From NCBI GenBank assembly GCA_037447605.1, contig CM074815.1:2232001-2296000 (forward strand): a DNA stretch of 64,000 nucleotides, in the 5' to 3' direction. The stretch is from Zygnema circumcarinatum SAG 698-1b. Its lineage: Eukaryota > Plantae > Zygnematophyceae. The first letter of the stretch is position 1, and the number at the start of each line of letters is the position of its first letter. Of this stretch, positions 50,435 to 63,128 are shown piece after piece. A program made the translations under genes and the position numbers. Under the pieces are notes generated by a model. It made no database searches, was not told the origin of the DNA, and saw only the letters and a program-made list of their open reading frames with translations.

Positions 50435-52911
50435 GAGGCAGGGAGTGGGAGGGAGAGGGATCGAGTGAGAGAAAATGAGGGGGGAAAGTAGAATGCCCTT
50501 TTCATTGAAAGTTTCATTACATTTTCCCTCCCCCCAAACTCTAACCTTGCTTTCACTCCGCCCCCCTTCTCTCCACCCCTCCCTCTCCCCTCTCTCCCTC
50601 TCCCTCCCTCTCCTCTCCCTCCCTCTCCCTCCCTCGCCCCCTCTCCCTCTCCCTCTCCCTCCCTCTCCCCTCCCTCCCCCTTCCCTGCAGGTCGTAGCTC
50701 TCTACCTCCGCTCCGCTCTCCCTCAATATCGTCCCTCAGAGGAGGTGCGCTCACGACATCATTCGCCGCCTGCGCATCATCTTATGTACGGCAGAGGGCC
50801 CGCCCTCCAGGAGGTGATGTCGCCGATGTATGATGTCGCCGATGTGTGATGTCGCCGATGTGTGATGTTGGGCCGCGCATCATCAGGGACCTCTTCAGGC
50901 GGAGGGAGTCGAACTTGGGGCTACGGAAAGTGGAATTTTGAGGAATGGGGTCGGAAAATGGGGTATAAGGGGGGAGGGAGAGGAGGAGGACAGACTGGAG
51001 GCTGCGAGAGCCTGCAGGGAGGAGGAGGCACACGTGGCAGCTTCCTCCGGTAGTGGCTCAAAAACCCTAATTTTCTGAAACTCCTTAAAACCCTAAAATC
51101 TGTAATTATCTCGATTATGATTGGTTCGATTGCTTGGATTATAATTTTTCAATTTAAAATTTTCAATTTTAAAATTTTTAATTTAAATGGGGTTCAGATA
51201 AGGGAGAAATTGATTACGTGGCGGCTTTAAATCGAGCACTTCCGGAAGATATTCGAATTCTTGGGTGGTGTCCTGTTCCGAAAAAATTCAGTGCAAGGTT
51301 AAATTTTCTTTTCATTCTAAAAGTCATTCCCCATTTTATGGAACCCTTTTTTTTTTTCCTCAAATTGGTTTTGGTGTAACATGGCAGGTTTCTTTTTGTA
51401 CATTTTTTGGGTTGTTTAGGGCTGTATTTTAGGTCCCTTTTTTAGGGTTTCAAAAGTTTTTTTTTCCATCTTGTGAAGTGCAGGTTCAGCTGCCTGCATC
51501 GAGAATACCTATATTTTTTTCTAAAGGGGGAGTTAAATATAGAGGTCTGTATTTCTGAACAAGGAGTGGGAGAAGGAGAGGCAGAGGGAGAGGGAGAGGA
51601 AGAGGGTGAGGGAAAGGAAAAGGGGGGATGGGAAGGGGGCGGGGGAGGGCGAGGGCGAGGGAGAGGGAGGAGAGGGGGAGAGGGAAGGGGAGGGAGAGGG
51701 AGAGGGAGAGGAGAGGGAAGGGGAGGGGGGGAGAGAGAGGGAGAGTGGGGGAGAGGGAGAGGAGAGGGAGAGAGAGAGAGTGAGCTATGCTTTTTTTCCA
51801 TGAACTTTTTCTTGTATTTTAATAGCAGACATGGTCTGACAGCGCAGGAAATGAGAAAGGCCGCAAATTGCTTTTTGGGAGAGCACGATTTTCGGAATTT
51901 CTGTAAAATGGATGCCGCAAATGTTTCAAATTTCCGACGGAGAATCGAACTTTTTGAAATCGAACCGGCAGAAGGAAACTTGGAGTGCGCTCAAAAACCG
52001 TAAACCGGAAACTGCAAACTTGAAAGTTTGAGTTTGTAGCTGTGTGGGATGCTTGGACGATAAGAACAGAGGAGAGAGTGGGAGTCAAAAAATTAGGGTT
52101 AGTGAGTAGGGCCTTGAATATGTGGGTTCTTTCACTAAAGGAGAGAGGGAGGGAGGGAGGGAGGGAGGGAGAGTAGGTGGGAGGGCCGGCACGTGTGGAC
52201 CATGCGAGTGAGAGGGACGGCCTTCCTTTGGCATCAAGTGCGCTGCATGGCAGCAGTGCTGTTCTGCGTTGGGAGAGGGAGGGAGAGAGCGGAGGTGAGT
52301 AAGGGGAGGGAGGGAGGAAGGAGGGAGGGAGAGAGCAATGGAGGGAGGGGAGGGAGGGGAAGGAGGGAGGGGAGGGACGGGGCAATGGAGGGAGGTTGGG
52401 GAGGGAGGGTAAGAGGAAGGGAGGAAGTGAAGGAGGGGGGGGAGGGAGGTGGCAATGGAGGAATGGAGGGAGGGAGGCCAGGAAAGAGGGAGGCATTGGA
52501 GGGAGGGAGGTGGCAATGGAGGGAGGGAGGGAGGAAGGGAAGGAGGGATGGAGAGAGGTAGAGAAGGAGGGAGGGAGGGAGGGAGGGAGGGAGGGAGGGA
52601 GGGAGAGGGCGTAGAACTCTAGCTCCTTCTGATGTCGTCAGTGAACATAAACCTCGAGCGGATTCCATTCGTTTACTCCCTGGGAAACTAAAACTGAGAC
52701 TGAGACCGAAACGAGAGCAGAGAACCGGTTACCATAGTGTCGAACTGATACTGAAACTGAAACTGAAACTGAAGCCGGCGTTCCATGCAGATCGTACGGC
52801 AGCTCCTTGACTTGGAGCAGTTTCCGCGAAAGCCGCAGTTTCGGATGGCGGAGGAGGCCCCTCTTGTGCTGCACGGAGCCGCCTTTCAGGGGCTCTCCTT
52901 CAGGCGCTCCC

Positions 52912-52950
<39 letters not shown>

Positions 52951-54190
52951 AAGCAGAGCCTGCAGGGAGTGGGAGAGGAGAGGGAGAGAGAGGGAGGGGG
53001 AGAGAGGAAGGGAGGGAGGGAGGGGGAGAGCGGCAGGGAGAGTGAGAGAGTGAGGTGGGGACGATGTGGGAGGAAAGGGGGAGATAGAAACGAGAGAAAG
53101 GGGACAGAGAGGGGGGGAGAAAGCGAGAGAAAGGGGGAAGGAGAGACGGAGAGCGAGAGAGAGAGTGAGAGAGAGAGAGAGAGAGGGGGAGTGGGAGAGA
53201 GTGAAATGACGACGGCGATGGTGTCTGTGCAGGAGCTGCCGCGCAAGTAGAGCGCCATTTGCAGGCCCTTTTGGATGCTGCTCTCCTTCAGACCGCCATT
53301 CTGCACTCCGGCCTCGCGCTGGTGAAGGCGGGGGAGGGAGACCGAGGAGGTGCTCTCTCTCTCTCTCTCTCTCTCGCTCTCGCTCTCGCTCTCGCTCTCG
53401 CTCTCGCTCTCGCTCTCGCTCTCGCCTCTCGCCTCTCGCCTCTCTCCTCTCTCCTCCCTCCCCTCTCCTCTCTCCTCTCTCGTCTCTCGTCTGTCCTCTT
53501 GTCTCTCCTCTCTCCTCTCTCCTCTTTCCTCTCTCCTCTCTCCTCTCTCCTCTCTCCTCTTTCCTCTCTCCTCTCTCCTCTCTCCTCTCTCCTCTCTCCT
53601 CTCTCCTCTCTCTCCTCTCTCCTCTCTCGTCTCTCGTCTCTCGTCTCTCGTCTCTCGTCTCTCGTCTCTCCTCTCTCCTCTCTCCCCTTTCCTCTCTCCT
53701 TTCTCCTCTCTCCTCTCTTTTCTCTCCTCTCTCCTCTCTCCCCTCTCCCCTCTCCTCTCGCCTCTCTCCTCTCTTCTCTCTCCTCTCTCCTCTCACCTCT
53801 CTCTCTGCCCCCCTCTCGTCTCCCCCGTCTCGCACCCCCCCCTTCCCAATCTTCCTCCCCTCTCCCCCCTCCCTCCCACCCTTTGACAATTGTACGGACG
53901 AGCGGGTGCAGGGCCGGCTTCTCAATCGCAGACGGAGAACCACGTGCCGTTCCATGAACGTCCTACGGAACGTAAGAACTGAAAAACTGTCACTGCATGT
54001 GTCCTGTGCTTTCACCTCAATGATTGGCCTCATGTTGAAGTCTACTTTTTGACCTTTTTATCATTTTAATTTTCGTCTTAAGTTTGTTTTATTTCTCTGT
54101 AATGTAACAGCCAAGTTTGAGGAGCGGCGTACAGTACTGAACGGCAAGGCACAGACCACATGCAAAAAATCTGGAAAATCCCTTCCGTAA
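47350..54190 (+). CDS. PUS3: tRNA pseudouridine(38/39) synthase, TruA family (PUS3/DEG1-like)
   Basis: Spliced motifs RHIALQIMYLGGR, YSRCGRTDKGVSA, LNRALPEDIRILGW, FSARFSCLHREYLYFF, GEHDFRNFCKMD, GTAFLWHQVRCMAAVLF, RKPQFRMA; TAA at 54188-54190. The 5' part is duplicated in the assembly (alternative start 49342). Confidence 0.9.
49059..51039 (+). other. Near-identical duplicate of ~47067-49047 after a 10-N gap (probable assembly artefact)
   Basis: Offset ~1992 bp; begins at the gap. Confidence 0.85.
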
Positions 54191-54723
54191 ACTTTTCAAG
54201 CAGGTAGTTGACCTTGTGTTTAGAGGGCCAAAAAGTAGTGCGAAAAAATCAATCAATAATGTGTGCAATTTGACAAAATATAGTCAAGTTCAAAATTGGA
54301 GCATGTTCCTCGATTGCAATCTTGGCTCAATACCGTACAGTTTCCCAACCCTCTCCCTCCAGTGTGGGGTCACAACCTGAACCCTAAACCCTAAGTCCCT
54401 ATTGCTTGGTCCCCCTATCGACCGTTCTTTACAGAGTCAAAAAAAGTCATATTATTTTTGGGCATCGCAACATCTCAAAAGAAAAAAAAAAAAAAAAAAC
54501 AGTCTTGCTCATTGCCACTCCATGATGATGATGTTGATGATGTTACAAAGTACATGATGTTACATATGATGATGATGTTGACCGGCGCAAGCTCTAAACA
54601 GCATCTTTTTCTCCCTCCATGAGATTCTCTCACATATCCTACAAACCTCTATTTGCACCCCAAAGTCCAAAAGGGCAAAATCCAATCTCCAATTTGTCTC
54701 TGAGTCGAAACTTTTCGACTCAC

Positions 54724-55009
54724 TCAAAGTTTTGATTTCGACTCGGGGGCGCCATCGCTTGCCACGTGGACGATCACCTGAACACGAACACACGGATCCG
54801 TTAAAAATCCGTAAAATTCAACGCTACAGAAACCCTGGTTCTATGGTTCCATGGTGCAGGAAACAGAACCCTTCCCTGATGGACGACATAGAACCGTAAT
54901 GATATACAGATTCCGGGTAAAACTGCAAAGCAACATGGAACCTTCTTTGGAATCTCTTTTACCCTCTTTGGAATATCCAATTACTGTGTATATCCGGAGA
55001 AACAGAAAG

Positions 55010-55043
<34 letters not shown>

Positions 55044-58000
55044 ATTTTTGTTTTCCCCTTTTTGGCATTTCTGCCCGCCCACCTTCCCCATGCTCTGCCC
55101 CGAGTGCAGGTACTCCACAGCGTCCGGAATCGCCTCCAGCCCCACAAAACGACGAGAGTCAACTGCCACCTGGCGCCTCCTCATTGGCCCAAAAATCAGT
55201 CAGTTCACATGGAGACGGACGGTTGTGCACTCATCTAAAGTGTGCTAAACATGAGAGAGAGTGGGAAGGAGGGAGAGAGGGGGAGAGAGAGGAAGGGAGG
55301 GAAGAAGGGAGGGAGGGAGGGAGGGAGAGAGGGGAAGAGGGGAAGAGGGAGGGAGGGAGGGAGGGCGAGAAAGAGAGGGGGAGGGAGGGAGGGAGGGAGG
55401 GAGGGAGGGAAAGAGGGAGGGAATGAGGGGGTAGAGAGTGGTAGTCAAACCTGCAGAAGGCCCTTTTTGTGCAGCGAATGAAGCTTCGCCAGGTGTCGTT
55501 TCCAGTGGCTCGCGTAGTGAGGGAGGAAGAACCCCGTCTGCTCTCAATCAGGAAAATTCAATTAATAAAACGTGGCAGTGAATTTAGCGATAAAGCTTTC
55601 AGGGAAAGTTAGGAGAGGTAGATACAGTAGGGCTAGTCGGCTTTAGGGCATAGGGTTAGGGCTTAGAGGTCAGGGGTTCGGGTTTAAGGTTTAGGATCAA
55701 GGGTCTAGGGTTTAGGGTTTAGGGTTTAGAGTTAGGGTTTAGGGTTTAGAGTTAGGGTTTAGGGTTTGGAGTTAGGGTTTAGGGTTTAGAGTTAGGGTTT
55801 AGGGTTTAGAGTTAGGGCTTAGGGTTTGGAGTTAGGGTTTAGGGTTTAGAGTTAGGGTTTAGGGTTTAGAGTTAGGGCTTAGGGTTTAGAGTTAGGGTTT
55901 AGGGTTTAGGGTTTAGAGTTAGGGTTTAGGGTTTAGAGTTAGGGTTTAGGGTTTAGAGTTAGGGTTTAGGGTTTAGAGTTAGGGTTTAGGGTTTAGAGTT
56001 AGGGCTTAGGGTTTGGAGTTAGGGTTTAGGGTTTAGAGTTAGGGTTTAGGGTTTAGAGTTAGGGCTTAGGGTTTAGAGTTAGGGTTTAGGGTTTAGAGTT
56101 AGGGCTTAGGGTTTGAGAGTTAGGGTTTAGGGTTTAGAGTTAGGGTTTAGGGTTTAGAGTTAGGGTTTAGGGTTTAGAGTTAGGGTTTAGGGTTTAGAGT
56201 TAGGGCTTAGGGTTTGGAGTTAGGGTTTAGGGTTTAGAGTTAGGGTTTAGGGTTTAGAGTTAGGGTTTAGGGTTTAGAGTTAGGGTTTAGNNNNNNNNNN
56301 NNNNNNNNNNNNNNNNNNNNNNNNNNNNNNNNNNNNNNNNNNNNNNNNNNNNNNNNNNNNNNNNNNNNNNNNNNNNNNNNNNNNNNNNNNTTATAAAATT
56401 ATATATACATAATATAATTATATATACATTATATACACATTATATATACATTATATATACAGACGGACCTGCGCCATCATCCCGATGATGACGCAGCGGC
56501 CGAAGCGTGCGAGCGCGTTCAGACACGTGTCGAACAGAGCGCCGCCCACGGACTCGTACAGGAGGTCAACGCCCTGAGGGAACTCGGCCTTCAGCACCTG
56601 CGGGAGGGAGAGGGAGGGAGAGGGAGAGGGAGGGAGGGAGGGGGAGAGGGAGGGGGGGGGGAGGGAGGGAGGGAGGGAGGGGGCGAGGGAGAGAGAGACA
56701 CAGGGAGGGCGAGAGGGGACGGAGAGAGAGAGAGAGAGAATCCCAACTGTCCTTGAGAGGAAACTCCGGTACTGTTCAGGACATCAGTAACTTGACCTAG
56801 TTCCTCCCCCCCCTCCTTCCTTTCTACTCCTTCCCTCTCTCTCCCTCTCCCTCTCCCTCCCACTCCCTCTCCCTCTCCTCTCCCTCTCCCTCTCCCTCTC
56901 CCTCCCTCCCTCCCTCCCTCCCTCCCTCCCTCCCTCCCCTCCCTCCCTCCCTCCCTCCCTCCCCTCCCTTCCTCCCTCCCCTCCCCTCCCTCTCTCCCTC
57001 CCCTCCCACCTTGGCCACATCCTCCCTCCTGTAGTCCACCGCCCTGTCCACCCCCATCCGTACAAGCAGTGTCCTTTTGTCCTCTCCGCCACACGTCGCC
57101 ACCACGCGGTTGCCTGCCAGCTTTGCGAGCTGCCACAAAACGACAAAAAAATAAAAAATAAAGAAGTAAATAAGTTAAAGGGGGGGGGGGGGGGGCCGGG
57201 GGGCGAAGGGGAAGTTTGATTTTAGACACAAATAAGATACATATTGGAGGAGGTTAGTCCAAGCCCTTAGAAGCTTCTAGTCTCCCAAATCTCTCTCTCC
57301 CACTCTCTCTCTATCTCTCTGTCTCACTCTTTCTCTCTTTCTCTCCGTCCATCCCTCCTTCCCCAACACTCTTCCTTTCCCATTCTTCCCCCCCCCCACC
57401 CTTCTCCACCCCTCCTCCCCCCTCCTCGCCCCTCCCTCCGCCTCCCCTTTCCCTCTCCCTCTCCCTCTCCCTCTCCCTCTCCCTCTCCCTCTCTCGCAGT
57501 CTCTCCCCCTCTTTCTCTTTCGCCCTCTCTCTCGCTCTCTCTCCCTCTCCCCCCCTCTCTCTCCGCCTCTCTCCCTCTCTCGCTCTCCCTCCCTCTCCCT
57601 CTCTCCCTCTCCCCCTCTCTCTCTCCCTCTCTCGCTCTCTCTCCGTCTCCCCTTCTCTCTCCCTCTCCCTCCCACTCCCTCTCCCTCTCTCTCTCTCTCA
57701 CCTGCACCGCGAACTGTCCCGTCCCTCCCGCAGCCGCCGTCACGAGCACGGTCTCTCCGCTTCCCATCCGCCCGCCCTGAACCCTCCGCCGCATGCGTCC
57801 AAAATAGATAGGGGTTTAGGGTTTAGGGTTTACCTTTGCGCTCTTAAAATGCAGGTTTTCTGTTGTTTTTTTTTTTTTTTTTCTAGACCCTAAACCCATT
57901 TCAAAACTGAAAAATCCATGAAGAAAATGCACGTCTGAATTAAAAAGAAAATAAAATAAAGGAGAGGAGAGATATATAAGATATATATTTAAAAGGCAGA

Positions 58001-59038
58001 AAAATGGGGAGCTTACCTGCTCCAACCCTATGGATGCCGTCAGACCTGACGTCAGCATTGCCACCATTTCCGGAGTAGCTTCTGGAACAGGGATTGCTGA
58101 CGTGGCGTCCACCTGTTCCATGCCACGGAATCCGTAAAGAAAATCCGTTAAACAGGGTGTAACCGCTCAGCTTAAGTCAGAAGTTCGAGAATCGCAGAGG
58201 TCTGAACGGAGAGGGAGGGAGGAGGTGGAGGAGGGAAGCAGTAAGAGGGAGTGAAAGGGGAGAGGGAGAGAGAGAGGGAGAGAGAGAGAGAGAGTGAGGG
58301 GGGAGAGATGGAAATAGAGAAAGAGCAAGAAAAGAAAAGCAAGTGGGAGGAGGTGAGAAGCGCTCTCGAGAGAGAAAGGAACACAGCGAGAGAGGGAGAG
58401 AGGGGGAGAGAGGGAGGGAGAGAGAGAGAGAGAAGGGGAACAGAGGAAGAGCAAGAGGGATAGGGAGGTGAGAAGCGTTCCCGAGAGAGAAGGAAACACA
58501 TAGAGTGTGCGGGGAGAGGGGGGGAGAGGGGAAGACAGGGAGGGAGTGAGAGGGAGAGAGAGAGGGACCTCGTTATAGTCAGAGAAAGCGCCATATGACA
58601 TAGTCGCAACCGGACTCCCAACTTTCAACTTTACACCTTCGCCGACGTCAGCGACCACTCCCACTCCCTACCACACGACAAAAAAAATAAAAAAATAAAT
58701 AGATTAATTAAATTAGGGCACATTAAACAGTATGGTCCTCAAACCCTGATGTTACTACAAGTGATATTTGAAAACGGTGCGTGAAAAAGTAAAAATATTT
58801 AAATTTAAAATGTTTACACAAATTAGGGAAAGGGAGTAGCACCTCAAATCCGGCATCGAAAGGAAGCTGCTTGGAAGCTGCCTGAGGGGAGCCGAAGTAT
58901 CTGCCGGCACTGAAGTTGACCTGCAAAGAACATTTTTTTTCTGAAAATAGTTTGATGTGGAAAAATAAATGTACGAGCAAGATAGAGAAGTGAGATAGGG
59001 AGGGAGGGGGGGAGGGAGAGAGAGAGAGAGAGAGAGAG

Positions 59039-59091
<53 letters not shown>

Positions 59092-62000
59092 GAGAGAGAG
59101 AGGGAGCGAGAAGGAGAAAGAGAAAACGAGGGAGAGAGAGGGAGAGTAAGAAAGAGAGGGAGAAGCGACAGATAACGAGAGAGAGAGAGAGGGAGAGGGC
59201 GAGAGAAGCCTCACATCGCTCGCGTTAATTCCGACATAAAGATATTTCACGAGAACCCTGCCCTTCTTTAAGGGCAGCTTTACGGGCTGCCGAACAATTT
59301 TTGTAGCTGCCCGAAAGTTTGTGCTCAGCTTGTGCACAATCCTGCCCCCACGAATCCCACACATAGCAAAAAAATAAACATAAAACACAGAAAAATGGGT
59401 CCACAAAGTAGGGATAGCAATTCCTGGAGTCAGAACCTACCATCAAAACCATTAACCACAAAAAAAACTGCTTATTTCTAAGACTCTTAAAGAGAAAAAA
59501 GAGGAATATATATATATATATACATTTTTCGTCTCTCTCTCTCCCTTTTCGGTTTCCCTGCGGGGGGGTCCACTCCCTGCACGAGATAGCGCTCCTTTTC
59601 TTCCTCCGTTGGCCAAAACTGTTTGCCCCAACGGTTGGTAATCCACAGACACTCTCCGCTCAGGGCCTCGTTCTCGACCAACTCCACCACGCCTGGTTTA
59701 GGGTTAGGGTTTAGGGTTTAAGAGTTAGGGTTTAGGGGGTAGGAGTTGCAGTTTAAGGGGTAGGGGGGTAGGGGGGTAGGGGGGTAGGGAGGTAGGGGGG
59801 TATTCAAGCTCTGAAGCCCTCGGAACTCTGAACCCCTGACACCCTAAAACCTTAAACTGTTCATCTTGAACCCCTGAACCCTACACCCTACCCCCCTATC
59901 CCCCTACCCCCCTACCCCCCTACCCCCCTACCCCCCTACCCCTCTACCCCCCTGTAGTGGTGTCTATGTGTTGTAGGTTTCTACACTTTTAGGGTTTTAG
60001 ATTTTTAAGTTCAGAGGAAGGTTTTGAATGAAGAGAGTTGAAAAATCAAAGGGCAAATGAGGGTAGAGATTGCAAGGTTAGATAGGGATTGACTTTATCG
60101 AGGGTACCTTCAATAATAGTTTCCATTGGAATGTATCCTCCCAAAGCCTTCACAACTTTCGGCAAATGTTTTGCGGCCTGCCCGGTGACTTGGGCAACGA
60201 GAGGAGTGTCGACGTACTGCCCGGAAAAAAAAAGGGAAAGGCCCGATTAAATATGAGGGGAAATGCATAGAAATGTTTTTTAGAGAATGAGACTTCGGTT
60301 GTTTGTTTTTGGAAACGAGTGAGGGAGGGAATCAGAGGGATAGGAGAAAGGAACGAAGGGCAATATTTGAGGGGAAAGAGAGAGAGAGAGTGAGAGAGAG
60401 AGGGAGAAGAGAGAGAGAGAGAGAGAGAGAGCGGGAGAACAGAGACAGAGAGAGAGAGAGGACGGAGTCTGAGAAGAGTTGAGGGGAGAGGGGGACAGCT
60501 TGCAAAGGGAAAGAGTGAACTTTAGGGAAAAACAGGAGGAGAGGGAGGAGAGAGAAAGAGAGAGAGGTGAGGGAGGGAGAGAGAGTGAGGGAGAGAGGGA
60601 AAGGGAGGGAGATAGAGAGGGTGAGGGAGAGAGGGAAAGGGAGGGAGAGAGGGAAAGGGAGGGGGAGAGAGAGGGTGAGGGAGAGAGGGAAAGGGAGGGG
60701 GAGAGAGAGGGTGAGGGAGAGGGAAAGGGAGGGAGAGAGAGAGGGTGAGGGAGAGAGGGAAAGGGAGGGAGAGTGAGAGGGTGAGGGAGAGCGGAAAAGG
60801 GAAGGAGAGAGAGAGTGTGAGGGAGAGAGGGAGAGGGAGGGAGAGAGAGGGTGAGGAAGAGAGGGAAAGGGAGGGAGAGTGAGAGGGTGAGGGAGAGCGG
60901 AAAAGGGAAGGAGAGAGAGAGTGTGAGGGAGAGAGGGAGAGGGAGGGAGAGAGAGAGGGTGAGGAAGAGAGGGAAAGGGAGGGAGAGTGAGAGGGTGTGG
61001 GAGAGCGGAAAAGGGAAGGAGAGAGAGAGGGTGAGGGAGAGTGGGAGAGGGAGGGAGACAGAGAGAGAGAGCACCTCCGGGCAGAGCGCATTAACACGGA
61101 TTCCATTTTTGCTCAAGTGGGCGAGCGAGCGAGTGAACAGCACAACACCCCCTTTGTACCCCATCCGCGCCCCGCCAAAAAAGGAAGAATTGAAGCTTAA
61201 AATCTCGCTGTAAATAGGTTATTTAAACGGGTTAAGCGTTTTAAAACACCAGAAAAATTTGGAGATTTCACCAAACTTCAGACTTCTGGGGGGAGGGAGG
61301 GGTTTAGGGTCGACCTGGCTACCTCGATAAAGTTAATTCACGAGAAGGCTAGTTCAATAACCACATTTAGGAACTAAATCAATTTATTTTATTTCTAGTA
61401 TGTGGTATAAATGCACGTAAAAAAAGTACCTTTTGATGCCGAATAGACGGGTCCGTTCGGAGAGGGATAAAGGCCCGCCGCGGAGGCAATGTTGATCACT
61501 ACTCCGGGCCGCTTCTGCTCCTGAAAGGCCCTGATCTGAAAAAAAAAAAAAAAAAAAAGGGGAAAGATATAAAAGTAAAGTGAAGATAGAAACAAAAACA
61601 CGAAAACAAATGCAAGAAAAAAAAAAAAAAATTAGCTTAAGCAGTCAATAATTAGGGTTCAAAAAACAGCACCACCACCACCACAGCATGCCTAACCACA
61701 CCCTCTTGACAATCCTTACTGTACGGAGCGCTGTACGGAAGTGTACGGATACGTACGGCGAGGCGTGTCCCGTCGATGACGGCCGTGAGGTTGACCTCCA
61801 GTACTCGCCGCCACCGTCCGCCGCCGTCCGCGGAGGCGTCCTCCGCGAACCACTGAGCGTCCCCCACGCCCGCGCCATTCACGCACACGTCCAGGCGCTG
61901 CCACGTGGCGAGATGGGCCGCGAAGGCCTGCGGGAGCCGCGCTGGAAAGGGGGAGGGGGGGGGAAGGAGGGGGGGGGGGGTTTAGGGTTTATGGTTGAGG

Positions 62001-63118
62001 GTTTGGGGGTTTAGGGTTTAGGGTTTAGGGTTTAGGGTTTAGGGGTTAGGGTTTGGGGTTGAGGAGTTAGGCTTTAGAGTTAGGGTTTAGGGTTTAAGGT
62101 TTAAGGTTTAGGGTTTAGGGTTTAGCGGTTAGGGGTTAGGGGTTAGGGGTTAGGGGTTAGAGGTTAGAGTTTAGGGTTTAGGGTTTCGGGTTCAGGGTTT
62201 AGGGTTTCGGGTTCAGGGTTTAGGGTTTAAGGTTTAGAGTTAAAGGTTTAGGGGTCAGGGTCTCAGGTTTAGGGTTTAGGGCCTAAAATTTAGGGTTGAA
62301 GGGTCAGGGTTCAAAGTGGAGGACATTAGAGATAAAGTAGTTTAGGGGCTAAATGACAACTAAGTGCGCTTCGGTGCCATTAATTCATTACCAATTTTAC
62401 GGATTTCTGTGTTTTAGCAAGTTTAGAGATTTGACTGGTTTCGAAAGATTATAAAATAATAAAGCATTCCGATATGAAAGGATGGATTAATCGAACAAAT
62501 TCATAAATCCTCCACCCAGTCCAACATATGAATTAACATTAGTCAACTTAGTTAACTAAGCCAGTCAGTTTAGACATTCGTCAGTTCCAGTTACGTTTAA
62601 AATAGAAAAAAATAAATAAAAACTAATTATGCATCATCATTTTACCATTGCCAGAGGACCAACTGAAAATTTTCTCATCAAAAAAAAAAAAATCATCCCG
62701 TGCTTACTTGCATCTGAGACGTCGCATTTAAAAAATTTTGCCTTGAGCTGCCCGGGCCCTCCCCCTCTCTCTCTCTGCTCTTCAAGGAGTCGCAGAGTCT
62801 CCGTTCCGTTCTGTTCCGAAAAGTCAACGAGAGTCAACGCAGCGCCGCACTTTGCAAAATGGAGAGCAAGCGCTCGTCCTGCACAAAAAAATGTGGTCCG
62901 AAAAAAATACCCAAAAAACAAAAAAGGGGGGTTGGGATTAAAGGTCGTTAAAGCAGAATTGAAAGGAAGATTGAAGACGTGAAATAGACGAAGATTTAAT
63001 TTAAGTTTGAGGAATTTCAAAGGAAAAAATCATTGAAGTGATTTTTCTTCATATAAAAACCAACTGCCTGCAACGCGCGTACCGATTCCGGACCCCGCGC
63101 CTGTTATGAGCACGGCGC
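54724..63118 (-). CDS. Bifunctional SDR + MDR (zinc-independent quinone-oxidoreductase type) protein, like Arabidopsis ARP/NQR; C-terminal PTS1 (SKL)
   Basis: Exons: AVLITGAGSGIG (63083-63118, 5' end cut by gap), FFKCDVSDA, LDVCVNGAG, VINIASAAG..YSASK, GIRVNALCPE, YVGINASD, LPFDAGFE, LTSGLTASIGLE, VLVTAAAGGTGQFAVQ, YESVGG, AVEYLHSGQSMGK, VIVHVASDGAPESKSKL*. One exon is probably in the 100-N gap at ~56291-56390. Confidence 0.9.
55640..56290. repeat. Intronic higher-order telomere-like repeat, 20-bp unit TTAGGG-TTTAGGG-TTTAGAG
   Basis: Roughly 30 units running into a 100-N gap. Confidence 0.9.
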
Positions 63119-63128
63119 NNNNNNNNNN

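Noticed and set aside
47067-51039. Tandem PUS3 paralogs (likewise the KH and SDR repeats)
   Set aside because: Near-identical including introns, and each starts exactly at a 10-N gap.
54129-54140. TACAGTACTG as another footprint stack
   Set aside because: Lies in the last coding exon of PUS3 (RTVL) and lacks the closing TA.
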